DNA from: Dictyostelium discoideum | Lineage: Eukaryota | Assembly (NCBI GenBank): GCA_000004695.1 | Contig: CM000150.2 | Location: forward strand, 736,001 to 800,000 | Direction: 5' to 3' | Length of the DNA: 64,000 bases | Shown: piece by piece, positions 22,335 through 40,323 of the stretch | Numbering within the stretch: the stretch's first letter is position 1 | How the letters are laid out: each line of letters starts with the position of its first letter | Program-made: the position numbers and the translations under genes | The notes under the pieces: model-generated | Databases searched by the model: none | The model's input: only the letters and a program-made list of their open reading frames with translations | What the model was told of the DNA's origin: nothing

Positions 22335-22874
22335 TTTTCAGATAATTTTATTTTGTTGTAACCCTCAACAAAGCATACAATTTATAAATATACACTCAAA
22401 AATCAGCTGATTTTGGACTTCCTAAGTGTTTTTTTTTTTTTTTTTTTTATTTTTAATTTTTTTTATTAATTTTGTTTTATTTTTAAAAAGGAGGGTTACA
22501 TGTGTGATGGTAAAAATAATTTTTTTTGATTTAGTTTTTCCTATTATATAAACAAAAAAAAACTTTTTTTTTTTTTCACTCATTCATTCATTCATTCATT
22601 ATAACCTCAACAAACAAACAAACATCAAAATAATAAGTGTAAATAAAATAAAATAAATAAATTTTTTATTTATTTATTTATTTTAACACATTTTTTATCA
22701 TTGTATTTTTTATTTTCTTTTATTTATTTTATTTATTTAATTGTTGTAACATTACTTTATAGTTTAAATATTTTATTATTATTTTTTTGTTTTTACTTTT
22801 TTTTTTTTTTTTTAAAATTTATTTATTTATTTAATTAATCACGCATAAAATTTATAAATATATATAAAAAAAAA

Positions 22875-24255
22875 ATGGGAGAGTTTAAATCACAACTTAG
22901 AACTTTACTCAAAAAAAATCTTTTACTAAAAGGTAAATCAAAATGTGCAATTTGTTGCGAAATTTTATTCCCGATTATTGTTATTTTAGTAATTTTTGCA
23001 ATTTTAGGTAAGTAAAAAATAAAAATAAAAATAAACTCAATCTATTTTCAGCTATGTGTGTGGTGTTATTAATCATTTTACTTTTTTTTTATTTTTTTAT
23101 TTCAAACAAATTAATTTCTTTTATTTTTTTATTTTTTTTATTTTTTTTTTAATTAGTTTTGGTTATGGCATTTAAAGCAAATTATGATCCATATAATGCA
23201 AGTAACTTTGTTAATAGATTTGAAAATACAGTATTACTTTATGGTAATGCAGATGGAGCATTAAATGTTGAACAATTAGGAGTTATGAATATTTTAAAGA
23301 ATGAAGTTGCAACAGCAAAAAATTTGAATTCAACACAAATTGATCAACTTTTTATAGAGATTAATGATCAAACAGCAATGGAAGCATTCTTTCAAAATAA
23401 ATCAGATTTTGTATTTTCTGCAGTTTGGTTTAATAATAGTGCATTATCAAGTGGTACCAATCCATTTCAATATAATATTAGAGTTGATAGTGATGACGTT
23501 ATGGACACTGAAGAGTTGATTAAAGAGGATGATACATCAGATAGTGAAGTTTATGTAAAGAAACGTTTTGTTGCAACACAAGTTGCAATGGATCAAGCAA
23601 TCTTTAGTTACTTTGGTTTAAATAAAACATTAAATGTAAAGGGTCAACGTTATCCAGATCCATGGACAGAATTATGGCAAAAATGGATCCAAGGTAGAGA
23701 TGGTATTTTCAAAGACGCAGGTTCAGTATTTATCACAGCAGCATTAATGATTTTTGGTTTCCGTTTAATAACAGATTTAGTAATTGAAAAAGAAACTAAA
23801 ATTCGTGAATCAATGAAAATGATGGGTTTAAATGATTTGGCTTATTTCATCTCTTGGATGATTACAAGTTTAGTAACTGCTCTACCAGTTAATTTAATAA
23901 TTTCAATTATTTTAAAAGGTTCATCAGTAATTCATCATACAAATTGGGGAGTTGTAATATTTACATTAATTCTTTATCTTTTAACTTTATTACTCTTGGC
24001 ATTCATATTAAGTATGTTTTTTGATAAATCCAAATTTTGTGGTTTACTTTCTTTTGTAATTATTATTGCAATTAATATTGGTGGTATTTTCGTTGCAAAA
24101 TATGATTTTGCTCCAGGTGCTAAATTATTCCTTTGTTTAATTTCACCAATTGCAATTGCATGTTCAATTTTTGCAATGAGTGCTAGAGATTTAGAAGAAA
24201 TTAATACTTATAATTGGGATATGATGGTAACTGAAAAGTAAGTAAAAATAAAATA

Positions 24256-24294
<39 letters not shown>

Positions 24295-27200
24295 TATTAA
24301 CTTTTTATTGTTATTATTTTTTTTTAGTCAAGTAATTGGAATGTTAGTTTTAGATATTTTCTTTTATATATTTTTAGTTTGGTATTTAGATAATGTTGTA
24401 ACAACTGAATTTGGTACAAAACAAAAATGGTATTTCTTATTTACTAAAAAATATTGGTTCCCAAAGAAATGTAATGAAAATGGTGATGAACAAGATATTG
24501 AATCAACTTATCAAAATGAAGATGTTGAAATGACACCAGTTGGAGTTGGTCAAAAAGTTACAATTTCAATTCGTAATCTTAGAAAAGAATATAATACTGG
24601 TGATGGTTTAAGAGTTGCAGTTAATGATTTATATTTAGATATGTATGAAAATCAAATTCATGCATTGCTTGGTCCAAATGGTAGTGGTAAATCAACAACC
24701 ATTGGTATGATGACAGGTTTAACACCTCCAACTAATGGTAACGCATTTGTTCATGGTTATGGTATTTTAAATCAAATGTCATCCGTCAGAAAACATCTTG
24801 GTGTTTGTCCACAAACTGATATCATTTGGCAACAATTGACAGTATTGGATCATTTGAAAATCTATGCATCATTAAAAGGTGTTTCACCATCTGAAATTCA
24901 AAGAGAAGCTGAAAAAATGGCCGTTGAAGTTGATCTTGGAGAAAAAATTCATAGTCAAGCTGGTTCATTGTCTGGTGGTCAAAAACGTAAACTTTGTCTT
25001 GGTATTGCTTTCATTGGTAGATCAGATGTCATCTTTTTGGATGAAGTTTCATCTGGTATGGATCCATTAAGTAGAAGAGTTGTTTGGGACTTTTTATTAA
25101 AATATAAAAAAGGTAGAACTATCATTCTCACAACTCATTATTTAGAAGAAGCCGATTATTTGGGTGATCGTATTGCAATTATTTCTCATGGTAAATTACG
25201 TTGTGATGGTTCATCACTTTATTTAAAAAATAAATTTGGTTGTGGTTATCTTTTAACTTGTAGTAAAATATTATCATCAATGAATAACTTTAACGCTCAA
25301 CAAGTTACAGAATTTATTCATAATTATATTCCAGAAGCTACCATTTTATCAAATGCAGGTACTGAATTAAGTTATCGTCTTCCAACTGCATCTTTACCAC
25401 ATTTCGCCCAATTTTTCCGTGAATTTGATGATAGATTACAATCATTTGGTTTACTTACTTATGGTATTTCAGTTACAACATTGGAAGAGGTATTCCTTAG
25501 TCTTGGTCGTGAAGCTGCATTGGAGAAAGGTGGTTTCAATATTGATCAAAATGAAAATCAAGATCTTGAACAACTTAGAAAATCAATTGCAATTAGTTCA
25601 ACTGGTGTTAAAGCTGGCCAACAATTTAAAGGTCTATTGATTAAACGTATTAAAACTTCAATTAAAGATGCAAAATCATTCTTTTTAACATTGGTAATTC
25701 CATTGGTTTTCATTATTGGTTCAATTATTATGTATAAAGCAATGGATAAACCACAAATTTTCTATAATAATGCTACCGTTCCATTAACTATGAATCTTGG
25801 TATCTATTCAGGTTTAGAAAATAATTTTGTACCAATGCAATCATCAAATGAACTAAATTGGGAAAATTCTTTAAATTCAAGTCCATACTTTAATAAATTT
25901 AGATTTATTCCACAAACAGAAAACTTTGAAGATTATTTAATTGAAGGTAAAACAAATGGTTCTTTTGCTTATAAATCATCAGCTGGTGCAATTAACTTTA
26001 CCTTACCAATTGATGTTTCATCAACAACAATTGATTATACAGCATTTTATAATAAGGATTATATTCATTCATTACCAGTTCATATTAATTTAGTGAATGA
26101 TGCCGTATTAAGAAAACATAATAACATTGGTATTCAAGTTACAAATATGCCATTTAAACATGTTTTATCAAATTTCGATCTTGCAAGTGAAGGTATGAAT
26201 ATTTCATCAATCGTTTACTTTATTATTATTATGATGGCAGGTTATGCATTAATGGCAGGTTCATTCGCTGGTAATGTTGCACAAGAACGTACCAATCGTG
26301 TAAAGAGATTACTTTATATTTCAGGTTGTAAGAAATATGTTTATTGGTTATCAAATTTAGTTTGGGATTATTTCTTTTCATTCATTCTTATTCTATTGAC
26401 AACTTGTATCTTGGCAGGTATTCGTGAAAATTATAAATCTCAATTTGGTCTTATGTTCCTTTGTTTAATTTTATTCTGTGTCTCTGTTGTACCATTATCT
26501 TATTTATTATCTTATAGATTCGCTAGTTTTGGTAAAGCAACTGGTGCAATCACTGCAATTCATTTTGCAATTGGTATTATTTTCGTAATTATTAGTCTTA
26601 ATCTTCGTATTCAAGTACTCATTGATCAAGATGTTGATTTCCAAAAAGCTGCAGATGCTGTTGATATAGTTTTCTGTATCCTCTCACCATTGTTTGCCTA
26701 TAGTAGAATTCTTTTCTTAGTTTCTGAATTCCCAGGTTCTGTACGTGTTGGTACACTTAAAGTCGATAATTATTGGTCAATGGATTATGGTGGTTCACCA
26801 ATGATCATTCTTGCAGCTCATTGTATCGTTTGGGTATCTTGGATTATGATTTTAGATTATACTCCAGAATTAATTGGTAAAATTAGAAATCCAAAGAATA
26901 TTGAAGCTCCACCACCACCAGATGATGAAGATTCAGATGTTACCGCCGAAAGAACTAGACTCTTATCAGTGGGTCCAAATGATGAACCACTTCAATTTAG
27001 AAATCTTCATAAATTATTCCCAGCAGTTGGTAAAGCTGCTCCAAAGGCCGCTGTTTATAATTCAACTTTATCTATTCCAAAAGGTCAAACCTTTGGTCTC
27101 TTGGGTTTAAATGGTGCTGGTAAAACCACTACTATTGCAATGCTTTGTGGTGATATTGTACCATCTTCTGGTGAAGTTACAATCAATGGTCATGATTTAA

Positions 27201-27979
27201 TCACTGATAGAGGTCAAGCATTAAGAAGCAATGGTTTATGTCCACAATTTGATGCTCTCATCACATTATTATCTGCTCGTGAACAATTAACATTATATTG
27301 CGCAATTAAAGGTGTTCCAGAGGATAAAGTTAAAGAAGTTGTTGAAGCTTTCATTAAAATGATGGATCTTGGTGCTATTGCAAATTCAAATACTGGAGGC
27401 TATTCAGGTGGTAATAAGAGAAAGACTTCATTGTCAATTGCAATGTTGGGTAATCCATCTATTGTCTCGCTCGATGAACCTTCCACTGGTTGTGATGCTG
27501 TCGTTAGAAAATATATTTGGAATGTAGTTAGTGAACTTGCTAAAGATAAAGTTATCATTCTCACAAGTCATAGTATGGCAGAGGTTGAAGCTTTATGCTA
27601 TAGAATGACCATCATGAGAGATGGTAAAATGAAATGTTTAGGTTCCATTCAACATATTAAATCCAAATTTGGTGCTGGTTATACTTTTGATGTTAAATTT
27701 AAGAAGGAATATTTAGATAGTGGTATTCAAACCGTTCTCAAAGCAATTCCAAACTCTATTGTCTTGGATGAACATGATGTTATGGCAAGTTTCGAAATTC
27801 CAAATCCACCTGATAATCCTGTTAAAATTTCAACTCTATTCGAATCACTCTCTCATTTAACCATTTTAGATGATTACAATGTTAGTCAAACATCTTTAGA
27901 AAGTGTTTTCCTTAAACTTACTGGTGCTTCTTATGAAGATCGTTTAAATTTAAATAATCAAAAACATACTTCCGATTAA
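22875..27979 (+). CDS. ABC transporter, A family (ABCA-like), ~1622 aa; exons 22875-23007, 23157-24237, 24328-27979
   Basis: Exon 1 [21 protein letters not shown]...ILG then gtaagt intron. NBD1 [11 protein letters not shown] / LSGGQKRKL / [13 protein letters not shown]2 [11 protein letters not shown] / [10 protein letters not shown] / [10 protein letters not shown]. Phases check across both introns. Confidence 0.85.
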
Positions 27980-28509
27980 ATTAAATAAAAAAAATAAATA
28001 AATAAAAAAAATAAAAAAATAAATTATCATATATATAAATAAAAAAAAAAAAAAATACAATAAAATATATTTATTTTATTCATCTAACAATTATAATTAT
28101 TTTTTTATTTTATTTTTATATGCTCTAAGCATCATGTTATTAATATTTCTTGAGTCTTTATTAGTTGCTAATGATAACAGTACCATAGTAGCTATTATTT
28201 CTTTAAATAATTGACCAACTTTTACAATTATTATTTTTGCAAAAAACCAATTTTTTTTTTTTTCTTTTTTTTTTTTAAAAATCTATTTATTGTGATTTAA
28301 CCCCTCTCACACAAAAAAAATTCAAAATAAAATTAATCAGTTTACAAAACACTCTTTTATAAAAAAAAAAAAAAAAAAGTTATTTTATTATTTTTTTTAT
28401 TACCCCACGTAGATAATTTAAATATAGCCAACCTCTTTTTTTATTTTTTTTTTTATTTCTTTTTTAATTTTTTTTTTTTTTGTAATTTTTTTTTTTTATA
28501 AGTTAGGTT

Positions 28510-31051
28510 ATGAAAATGAAAGAAATAATTAATAATTTTAAAGAAATAATATCAATACCAACAGTTGTAAATTCAAATTTCACAGGATTTGATGAAGAAA
28601 CAGTTAATGTTTCAATTGCATTATCTCAAACTGATTTCGAAAATAAGAAAAATAAATTATATCAAATAGATAAATCAATTTTATTTCAATTAAATGGGAA
28701 CAATATAGATAAAGTTATTTCTTCACCATTCCCAATTGAAATAACTACAACAAATATTTCAATTTCAAATTCATTTTCAAAAAAATTAATAATTAAAGAA
28801 ATTAACAATACAGAATTTGAATATCATTTTGATATTATTACAAATAGCAATAATTTAATTACCACAATCAAATCAAAAGATATACATAGAAAAATTTTAA
28901 ATGATGGTAATTATTATGAATAATAATAATAATAAATAATAAAAATTTTAAATTAATTTACAAATAATTAATTATTTACAATTTTTCTTATTAAAATAAA
29001 TGTTTTGTCATTTTATAACTATAATCAATTTAGAATGGTTTGGAGGATTTTCATGGTCACCATGTGAAAATTTTATAGCTTTTATTGCAGATAATAAAAT
29101 AAAAAATAGTTCAGGTTTCTTTGAAAAAGATTTAAAAAATAAAGAAAATATAGGTGATCAATATTTATATAAGGAAAATTTAGGTGAAACATATTCAAAT
29201 GTACATAATCCAACAATTTTTATAATTGATTTAATAAAAGAATCTGTTTATCCAATTGAACCATTCCCAATTGATTCAATAATGGCAGGTCAAGTTATTT
29301 GGGAACCAAATGGAAATGGATTTTTATTTTTAGGTTGGGAAATTGGAAAAAGAATTTATGGAATGAAATTATGTTTTAGTAGAATTAATTCAATTTATTA
29401 TTTTAATTTTAAAATTTTTTTACAAATCGAAAGAAATAATAACAATAATAAAAATTCAAATGATAAATTTGCATATATAAAAAATTTAATTAATTCAAAT
29501 AAAAAAGTTAGTTTTAGAAGTTTAAGATTTTCACCAGACGGTAATAATTTGGTTTTTATTGGATTTGACGAATTAATTCATAATCATAATTCATGTTCAA
29601 AATTATTTTTATTACCTTGGTCAAAAGAAATTTCATTACAACTTGGTGGTGCTGGTAGTGCTGGTGGCGCTGGTGGTGCTGGTGGTTATAGTGAAATAGA
29701 ATTTCAAACATTGATAGATTATAAATTTTCAAATGATTTAGAATCATTTTATGGAATTTATTGTATGGGAGTTCCTAAATGTACATTTATTAATAATGAA
29801 ACCATTATTTTTTCAAATTCAGTTGGATCAATTAATAAAATGATTTCTTTTAATATTTTAACCAAAAAATTAAAATTTATAGAAAGTAAAGGAATTTTCG
29901 AAAGTAATGATCAAAAACAACAACAACAACTTTTAAATTATCATATTTACAGTGTTATGAAAGGAATGATTTTAACAAGAGTTTCATCAATTAATAAACC
30001 ACCTTCAATTTATTTACTAAAAATTGATAATAATTTAAATATTATTAAATCAATTGAAATTTATAAATCACCAATTAAAAATCAAAATTTAATTTCAAGT
30101 GAAATTTCAATTCATAAAGTCCCAATTTCATATAATAATAGTAGTAATGATAATAATGATTATAGTAATATTAAATCATTTGAATTAATATATGTAAAAA
30201 ATAATAAAAACAATAATTCCAATGAGGATAATAATAATAATAATAATAATAATAGTATAATAAAAAGACCAACAATATTATTTATTCATGGCGGTCCACA
30301 TATGAATATTACGATTGAATATACATATCCATTTGGATATTTACAATCATTAGGTTATAATATAATTATACCAAATTATAGAGGATCAAGTGGATGTGGT
30401 AAAGATTTTATTGATTGTTTACCAGGTAAAATTGGTACACTTGATAAAGAAGATTGTTTATCTTCTTTAAATTATTCAATTGAATTTATTGATAAACAAG
30501 GTATTGATATTAATAGAATATCAATTATTGGAGGTAGTCATGGTGGTTATTTAGCAACATACCTATCAATTGAACCATTAATTAAAACAGTAATTTTAAG
30601 AAATCCAGTTATTGATAATAGTTTTTTAGCTACATTAACTGATATTCAAGATTGGTGTTTGTTTAAATGTGGTATTGATAAAAATAATCTATATAATTCG
30701 TTACCAACATTAAAAGAATTGGAAATCATGAGAAATTGTTCACCAAGTACTTGTTTTGATCAAATTAAAATACCAATTTTATTATTACTTGGAGAAAAAG
30801 ATAAAAGAGTTTATAGTAAATCACAAGGACTCTTATTATATAATAATTTAATTGAAAGAAATATAAAAACAAAGTAAATATTAATTTATTTCATTTTTAT
30901 TTAAAAAACATATATTTGTATACTAAAAATATATTTTTTTTTTTTTAGATGTTTAATGTATTTAAACGAAAGTCATTCTTTAGATAATACAATTGATTCA
31001 AAATTAGATCAATGGATAAATATTGCTAAATGGTTAAATGAAAATTGTTAG
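28510..31051 (+). CDS. Prolyl-oligopeptidase (S9) family serine peptidase, acylaminoacyl-peptidase-like; exons 28510-28906, 29034-30873, 30949-31051
   Basis: N-terminal beta-propeller-like region. C-terminal alpha/beta hydrolase with FIHGGPH and nucleophile elbow GGSHGGY. Introns gtaatt...tttag and gtaaat...ttttag preserve frame. Total ~778 aa. Confidence 0.7.
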
Positions 31052-31151
31052 TTTATAAAAAAAATAAAATAAAAAAAAATAAATAAATAAGAAATATTAT
31101 TTTATACATTTTTAATTTTATTTATTTTAAATTTTATTTATTTATTTTTAA

Positions 31152-32362
31152 TTATTTTGTGATAAATGTATCATCATAATATTTTAAAATTTCAACATTA
31201 AAATGAATTACTAAAGTATCATCTTCAGAAATGAAACCATTTTCTTTATTATATTCTTTATAGAAAATTGTTGAATAATAATCATTTAAATTACCAAATA
31301 GGAATCTTGAATCAATTTCTTCATTTGATGATGGGTTAATATGATTTTCAATTTCAAAGCTAAAACTAATTCTAGATTTATTTCTAAATAATTTTACAAG
31401 ATGAATTGAAATTGTTTCACCATTGTATTGACCATTTGGGAATAGTCTGAGTGTGAAATAGGAAAATGCAGATGATGGTGATGTTGAAGTATTGAATTTT
31501 TGGAATTGGATGGATTGGCCTTTACCATACTGTTTTAATTTTTCACTCCATTTTTCAATTACCCATCTACCAGAATAACTTTTTGATTTTTTTAATTCTT
31601 TAAAATCCTTTTTCAATAACCTTGAGTATGAAATTGATTCTTGTAATTCTGAATTTGATTTCTCTAATTTCAATGATAAACTATTAATCATTGTAATAGA
31701 GTATAAAAGATGTTCACCAGCAAGTACTGATAAATGCTCTTTAATATCTGAACGCTTCACCAAATCCACACAACCACCCTCATTAAATGGACATTTGATT
31801 AATTTCGATAGACATATTGTATCTTGATGATTATTAAATTCACCTCTTTCAATTAATTTAAAACAAAATTCACATTGTTTTAAAACTTTTAAACAATGAT
31901 TTTCAATATGGTCTGTTTGCTTTGACCTTGTTATCTCTATTGAACAATGTTCACATTTTATTAAAGAATTTGGACATTCCTTTAAATGGTGATCAAATTC
32001 ACCTTGTCTAATTTTTAAACATTCTTTATTTTTATTATCATCATTACAATTTTTATTATTTGGACATTCTTTTAATGTAAATTTACAATTCTTTAAATGA
32101 GTTTCTAATCCTTCAATTGTAATTATATCTTTACAAGCATTTTCATCTTTAATACTATTCTTTAAATCTGAAAATGAATTTGGACAATAAATATTTAATT
32201 TTCTAACTTCTTTCTCTAAATATCTATTCTTACTTAATGATTCAATTGATTTAATTTCACAACGACATGTCATACATTGTTTTTTTAATTCAATCATTTT
32301 TAAAAAACAATTTTTACATGCTTTTAATAATAAATTTAATCAAAATGTTAATTAAAATTGTA

Positions 32363-32420
<58 letters not shown>

Positions 32421-32575
32421 TTTTAAAATAAAAAATAAAATAAAAAATACTAACCAAAATGACCTTCTACACATTGGTAAATATCAACTTGTAAATGTGA
32501 ACAAATTACACAAATAAAATCGTCATTAATCTCTCCTACTACTAAATCATCAAATAAAATATCACTAATTTCCAT
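31152..32575 (-). CDS. TRAF-like protein: RING finger (exon 1, 32575-32455) + TRAF-type zinc fingers + C-terminal MATH domain (exon 2, 32320-31152)
   Basis: Exon 1 MEISDILFDDLVVGEINDDFICVICSHLQVDIYQCVEGHF|gttagt. Exon 2 starts (A)CKNCFLKMIELKKQCMTCRCEI completing C3HC4. Repeated C-x-C...H...C TRAF fingers. MATH-like GRWVIEKWSEK...FTLRLFPNG. Paralog of the 50322-52000 gene. Confidence 0.75.
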
Positions 32576-33228
32576 TTTATTGCCAAAGGATGTGTTTTAG
32601 ATTCTAAAGCATTTAAAAAAAAAAAATCAAAAAGTAAAAAATCATTTTTGTTTTTTTTTTTTTTTTTTTTTTTTTTTTATTTTTTTTATTTTTTCATTCA
32701 AAGAATTAACCACCTTTAATAATAAAATATCTACTTTGTTTTTAAATAATAACATGACTGAGGAAATTTATTTATTTTTTGAAAAACAAAATAAAAAAAA
32801 AAAAAAATAAAAAAATTTATCTTTTTGTTTTAAAAGAATTTTTATCTTTTTTTTTGAAAATAAATCAAATAAATCTTTTTTTTTTTTTTTTCTGATATAA
32901 TATTAATATCTGAGATCTTAATCGAGATCATGAGCATTTCTTTATTTTCGTTTTTTTTTATTATTATAATAATAATTTAATAATAAATAATTAAATAAAT
33001 AATATATCTGCAAATCAAAAAAAAACTTTTTCCTGGTTTATTTTTTTAAAATTATTTGTTTTTTCCCAAAGACCAATAAATTAAAAATAAAATTAAATTA
33101 TCAATTATTTTTTTTTTTTTTTTTTTTTTGGATTAGGTGATCTGCATGGTCCATTTATTTATTGTAATTTTAAATTTTTTTAAAATTTTTAGGAAAACAA
33201 GATAATTAGAAAAAATGGAAGATCATTT

Positions 33229-36726
<3,498 letters not shown>

Positions 36727-38031
36727 AGTGAATTGTAGTCGGTTGTTGTTATTTGCAAAAAAGAGTGTGTGGGTGTGGGTGTGGGTGTGTTGTAAATTGA
36801 GTAGTTAGGTGGGGAATTTTTTGTGTATATGTGTTTTGATAACTGTGGTATCAACTATAAGGTATTGGATATTATTTTTTTATTTTCTTATTTTTTTATT
36901 TTTTTTATTTTTTAAAAAATCACGTACAAATAAAACTTGCAGAGAGAGAAATAGAGTTAAAAAAAATAATAATAATAATTAATAATATATGTATGTGTGT
37001 ATGTGGGTATATATATATATATATAATATTTTGTGTTTGTGTGTGTTTGGTTGATAATGTGGGTGAGGGGTTTTTTTTATTTTTTTTTATTTAATTTTAT
37101 TTTTTTTATTACTTCTATAAATATTTGTTTTGTAATAAGTCTCTATCATCATCAAAAAAATGGGACGAGTTTTTAAAATTTGAAAAAACAAAAAAAAAAA
37201 TGAAAACGAAAATGAAAAAAAAAAAAAAATTATTAATTACCCCCCCATGTTTCATTATATGATTGCCTTTAATTATTGAAAAAAGAAAAAAAAAAAAAAA
37301 TCAATATTTTTCATAATTATAATTATTATTATATTATTAAATTTATAAATTCAATATACAGTATCACCAGGTTATTATCATTATTATCATTATTATCTCA
37401 ACTAAAATTTGAAGAGATATTTTTATTTTTTTTTTTTTATTTTTTTTTTTATTTTTTTATTTTTTTTTTTTCCCAACTCTAATACACAATAAAACAGTTT
37501 TCACACCACTCACAAATTCACCCCACACCCCACAATAAAATATCATATCATCATTATAGGGAGCACTCTATATATTATGTAAATTAAAATTTTATTTTTT
37601 TAAATTTTAATTATTTTTTATAATTATTTTTTTTTTATTTTATTATTATTAATATTTTTTTTTTTTTTTTTTTTTTTTTTTCATTAAAATTATTTTATTT
37701 ATTATTAAAAAAATTTCTTGTACATATTTTTTAAAAAATTATTTATTTATTTTTCAAAAAAAAAATAATTTCACACACACACATTCTAACACAAAAAAAA
37801 AAAAAAATAACATATAGTTATTATTATTGTTTTAATTTTCATTCAATTTCTTTAATATCTATTTTATTCAAAAAAAATAATTATTTTTTTTTAATTTATT
37901 TTTAATTTATTTTTAATTTATTTTTGTTTTATAATAATAAACTAATAATAGCCAATAATAATAATTTATAAATTTTTTTTTTTATAATCATTTTTCAATT
38001 CCAAATAAATTAATAGCATCATACCAATATT

Positions 38032-38087
<56 letters not shown>

Positions 38088-38329
38088 AAAAAACAATTAA
38101 ACTTTTAATTTTCCGATTCATATTTTTTTTTTTTTTTTTTTTTCTCCCTCTCACAAATTTATTTCTTATAACTTTTTTTTTTTTTTTTTAAAAAAAAAAT
38201 TTTATTTTATTTATTTATTTTTAATTTAAATTAATTGTTAAAACTTTTATTTATTTATTTTATTTATTTTATTTATTTTATTTATTTATTTTATTTATTT
38301 ATTTATTTATTTATTTATTCAAATAAAAC

Positions 38330-38350
38330 ATGTATAATACAATCAACAAC

Positions 38351-38384
<34 letters not shown>

Positions 38385-39838
38385 TAGTCATTGATAATAA
38401 TGATAAATTATTTTTTTCAATATTTAGAAATATTTATATAAATAAAAAAATATTTCAACATATTAGAATATTTAAAATTGTTGATAAGGAAACAACACAA
38501 CCAAATAAAAAATATTTTAATAATGGTTCATTTACAAATTATAATGTTAAATTTAGAGAATTTTCAATAAAATCTTTATTAGAATATAAAAATAGAAGTT
38601 ATATTAAAAATTTAACAATAAAATCAAATTCATATAAACAACAATTACAACAAATTCAAACTCAAATTCAACCACAACAACAAGCTCAACAAACCCAACA
38701 ACAACAAACCCAACAACAAGCTCAACAACAAACCCAACAACAAATTCAACAACAACAACAATTAATTTTAGAAGATGAAGATTATTTAAATTTACCAATT
38801 GGTTTAATTGGAGAATTTGTTGAGAATTTAGAGATTGAAAAGGAGGGATTGGTTTTAATGCCTGGTGTTATACCACCATCTGTTCAAACATTAAAATTAA
38901 TTGGAAATCAATTTTTAGTACCAGGTTGTATACCATCATCAGTGAAAACATTGATAATTGTAGGATCAAAACAAATGATTGTACCAGGTGTTATACCATC
39001 ATCAGTTATCGATTTAAAATTATTAAATTCTGAACAACCAATTTTACATGGATCAATACCACAGTCATTACAATCATTAGAATTTGAAAATAATAATGAA
39101 ATGTCCAGTTTACCAGGCATACTTCCAACACCATCACAAATTAAGAAAATCAAATTTGGACCATCCTTCAACTGCCAATTGAAGCCAGGCTTCATTCCAT
39201 CGCTATTACAAGGTGGCCAAGTTGAGGAAATTGATTTTTCATTCTGCCAAGGCGCCTACAATAAGCCATTGGTCGATGGCGCAATCCCCAACACCGTCAA
39301 GGTGATCCATATGTCTAAAGAGTTTAATCAGCCTTTGGAAAAGGGTTCTTTCCCATCAAGTTTGGAGGAACTCTATCTATGTGGTCAATTTAATAAACAA
39401 TTAACACCCTATTCAATTCCAAAGAATTTGAAGACTTTAGACCTCGGCTACAGTTTCGATCAATCCATTGTACCTGGTTCACTACCAAATTCAATCATTG
39501 AATTGGGTATGAGTGTTTGTTTCAATCAGTCATTGCAATGCGGTAGTTTACCATTAAATCTTCAAACCTTAGAATTTGGTTCAAAATTCAATAAATCAAT
39601 ACCATCCGATTGTTTACCTTCGACATTACAATCATTAAAATTTGGTGATGATTATAATCAATCAATTATTCCAGGTTCTTTACCTTCTGCTTTACAAAGT
39701 TTAGATTTAGGTTCAACTTTTAATCAACCAATTGAATCAAATACAATTCCACAAAAATTAAATGAATTATATTATAGTAATTCTTTTAAACAATCAACTA
39801 AAAATATTCCATCATCATGTACTTTAATTGAATATTAT

Positions 39839-39902
<64 letters not shown>

Positions 39903-39934
39903 TTAATATTAATAATAATAATAACCAACAAGAA

Positions 39935-39937
<3 letters not shown>
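38330..39937 (+). CDS. FNIP-repeat-containing protein (Dictyostelium-specific FNIP repeats), poly-Q/poly-N rich
   Basis: Tandem ~22-aa repeats of the form F(N/K)QxIxPGx(I/L)PxS(L/V)xxLxFG (e.g. FNQSIIPGSLPSALQSLDLGSTFNQPIESNTIPQKL). Single 535-aa ORF. Confidence 0.8.
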
Positions 39938-39969
<32 letters not shown>

Positions 39970-40323
39970 TAATCGAACAATTACAAAAAAATTTTAAAGT
40001 TTTTAAAACGATAACGATAATTATTATATTTAAATAGTAATAATAATTTTTTATTTAATAATCGAATAAAATTTATTTATTTAAAAAAAAAAAAAAAAAA
40101 CTAATTTATTTATATTAATTGATTTCATTTTTTTATTTTATTTTATTTTTAACTTTTAACCAAATTTACCAACAATTATCATCATCATCACAACAATCAC
40201 CACCAACTACAAATAAAATCAAAATAATTCTCAAATTTAAATTAAATAATCCCATTTTTACTATAAATTTATTTATTTTGATATATTTTTTTTATTAATA
40301 TTTTTTTATTTTTATTTTTATTT

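Noticed and set aside
20880-22870. Small ORFs (21734-21992 minus) in the abcG-abcA intergenic region
   Set aside because: AT-homopolymer-rich frames (FFFFF, KKKK) with no coding periodicity. They are typical intergenic noise.
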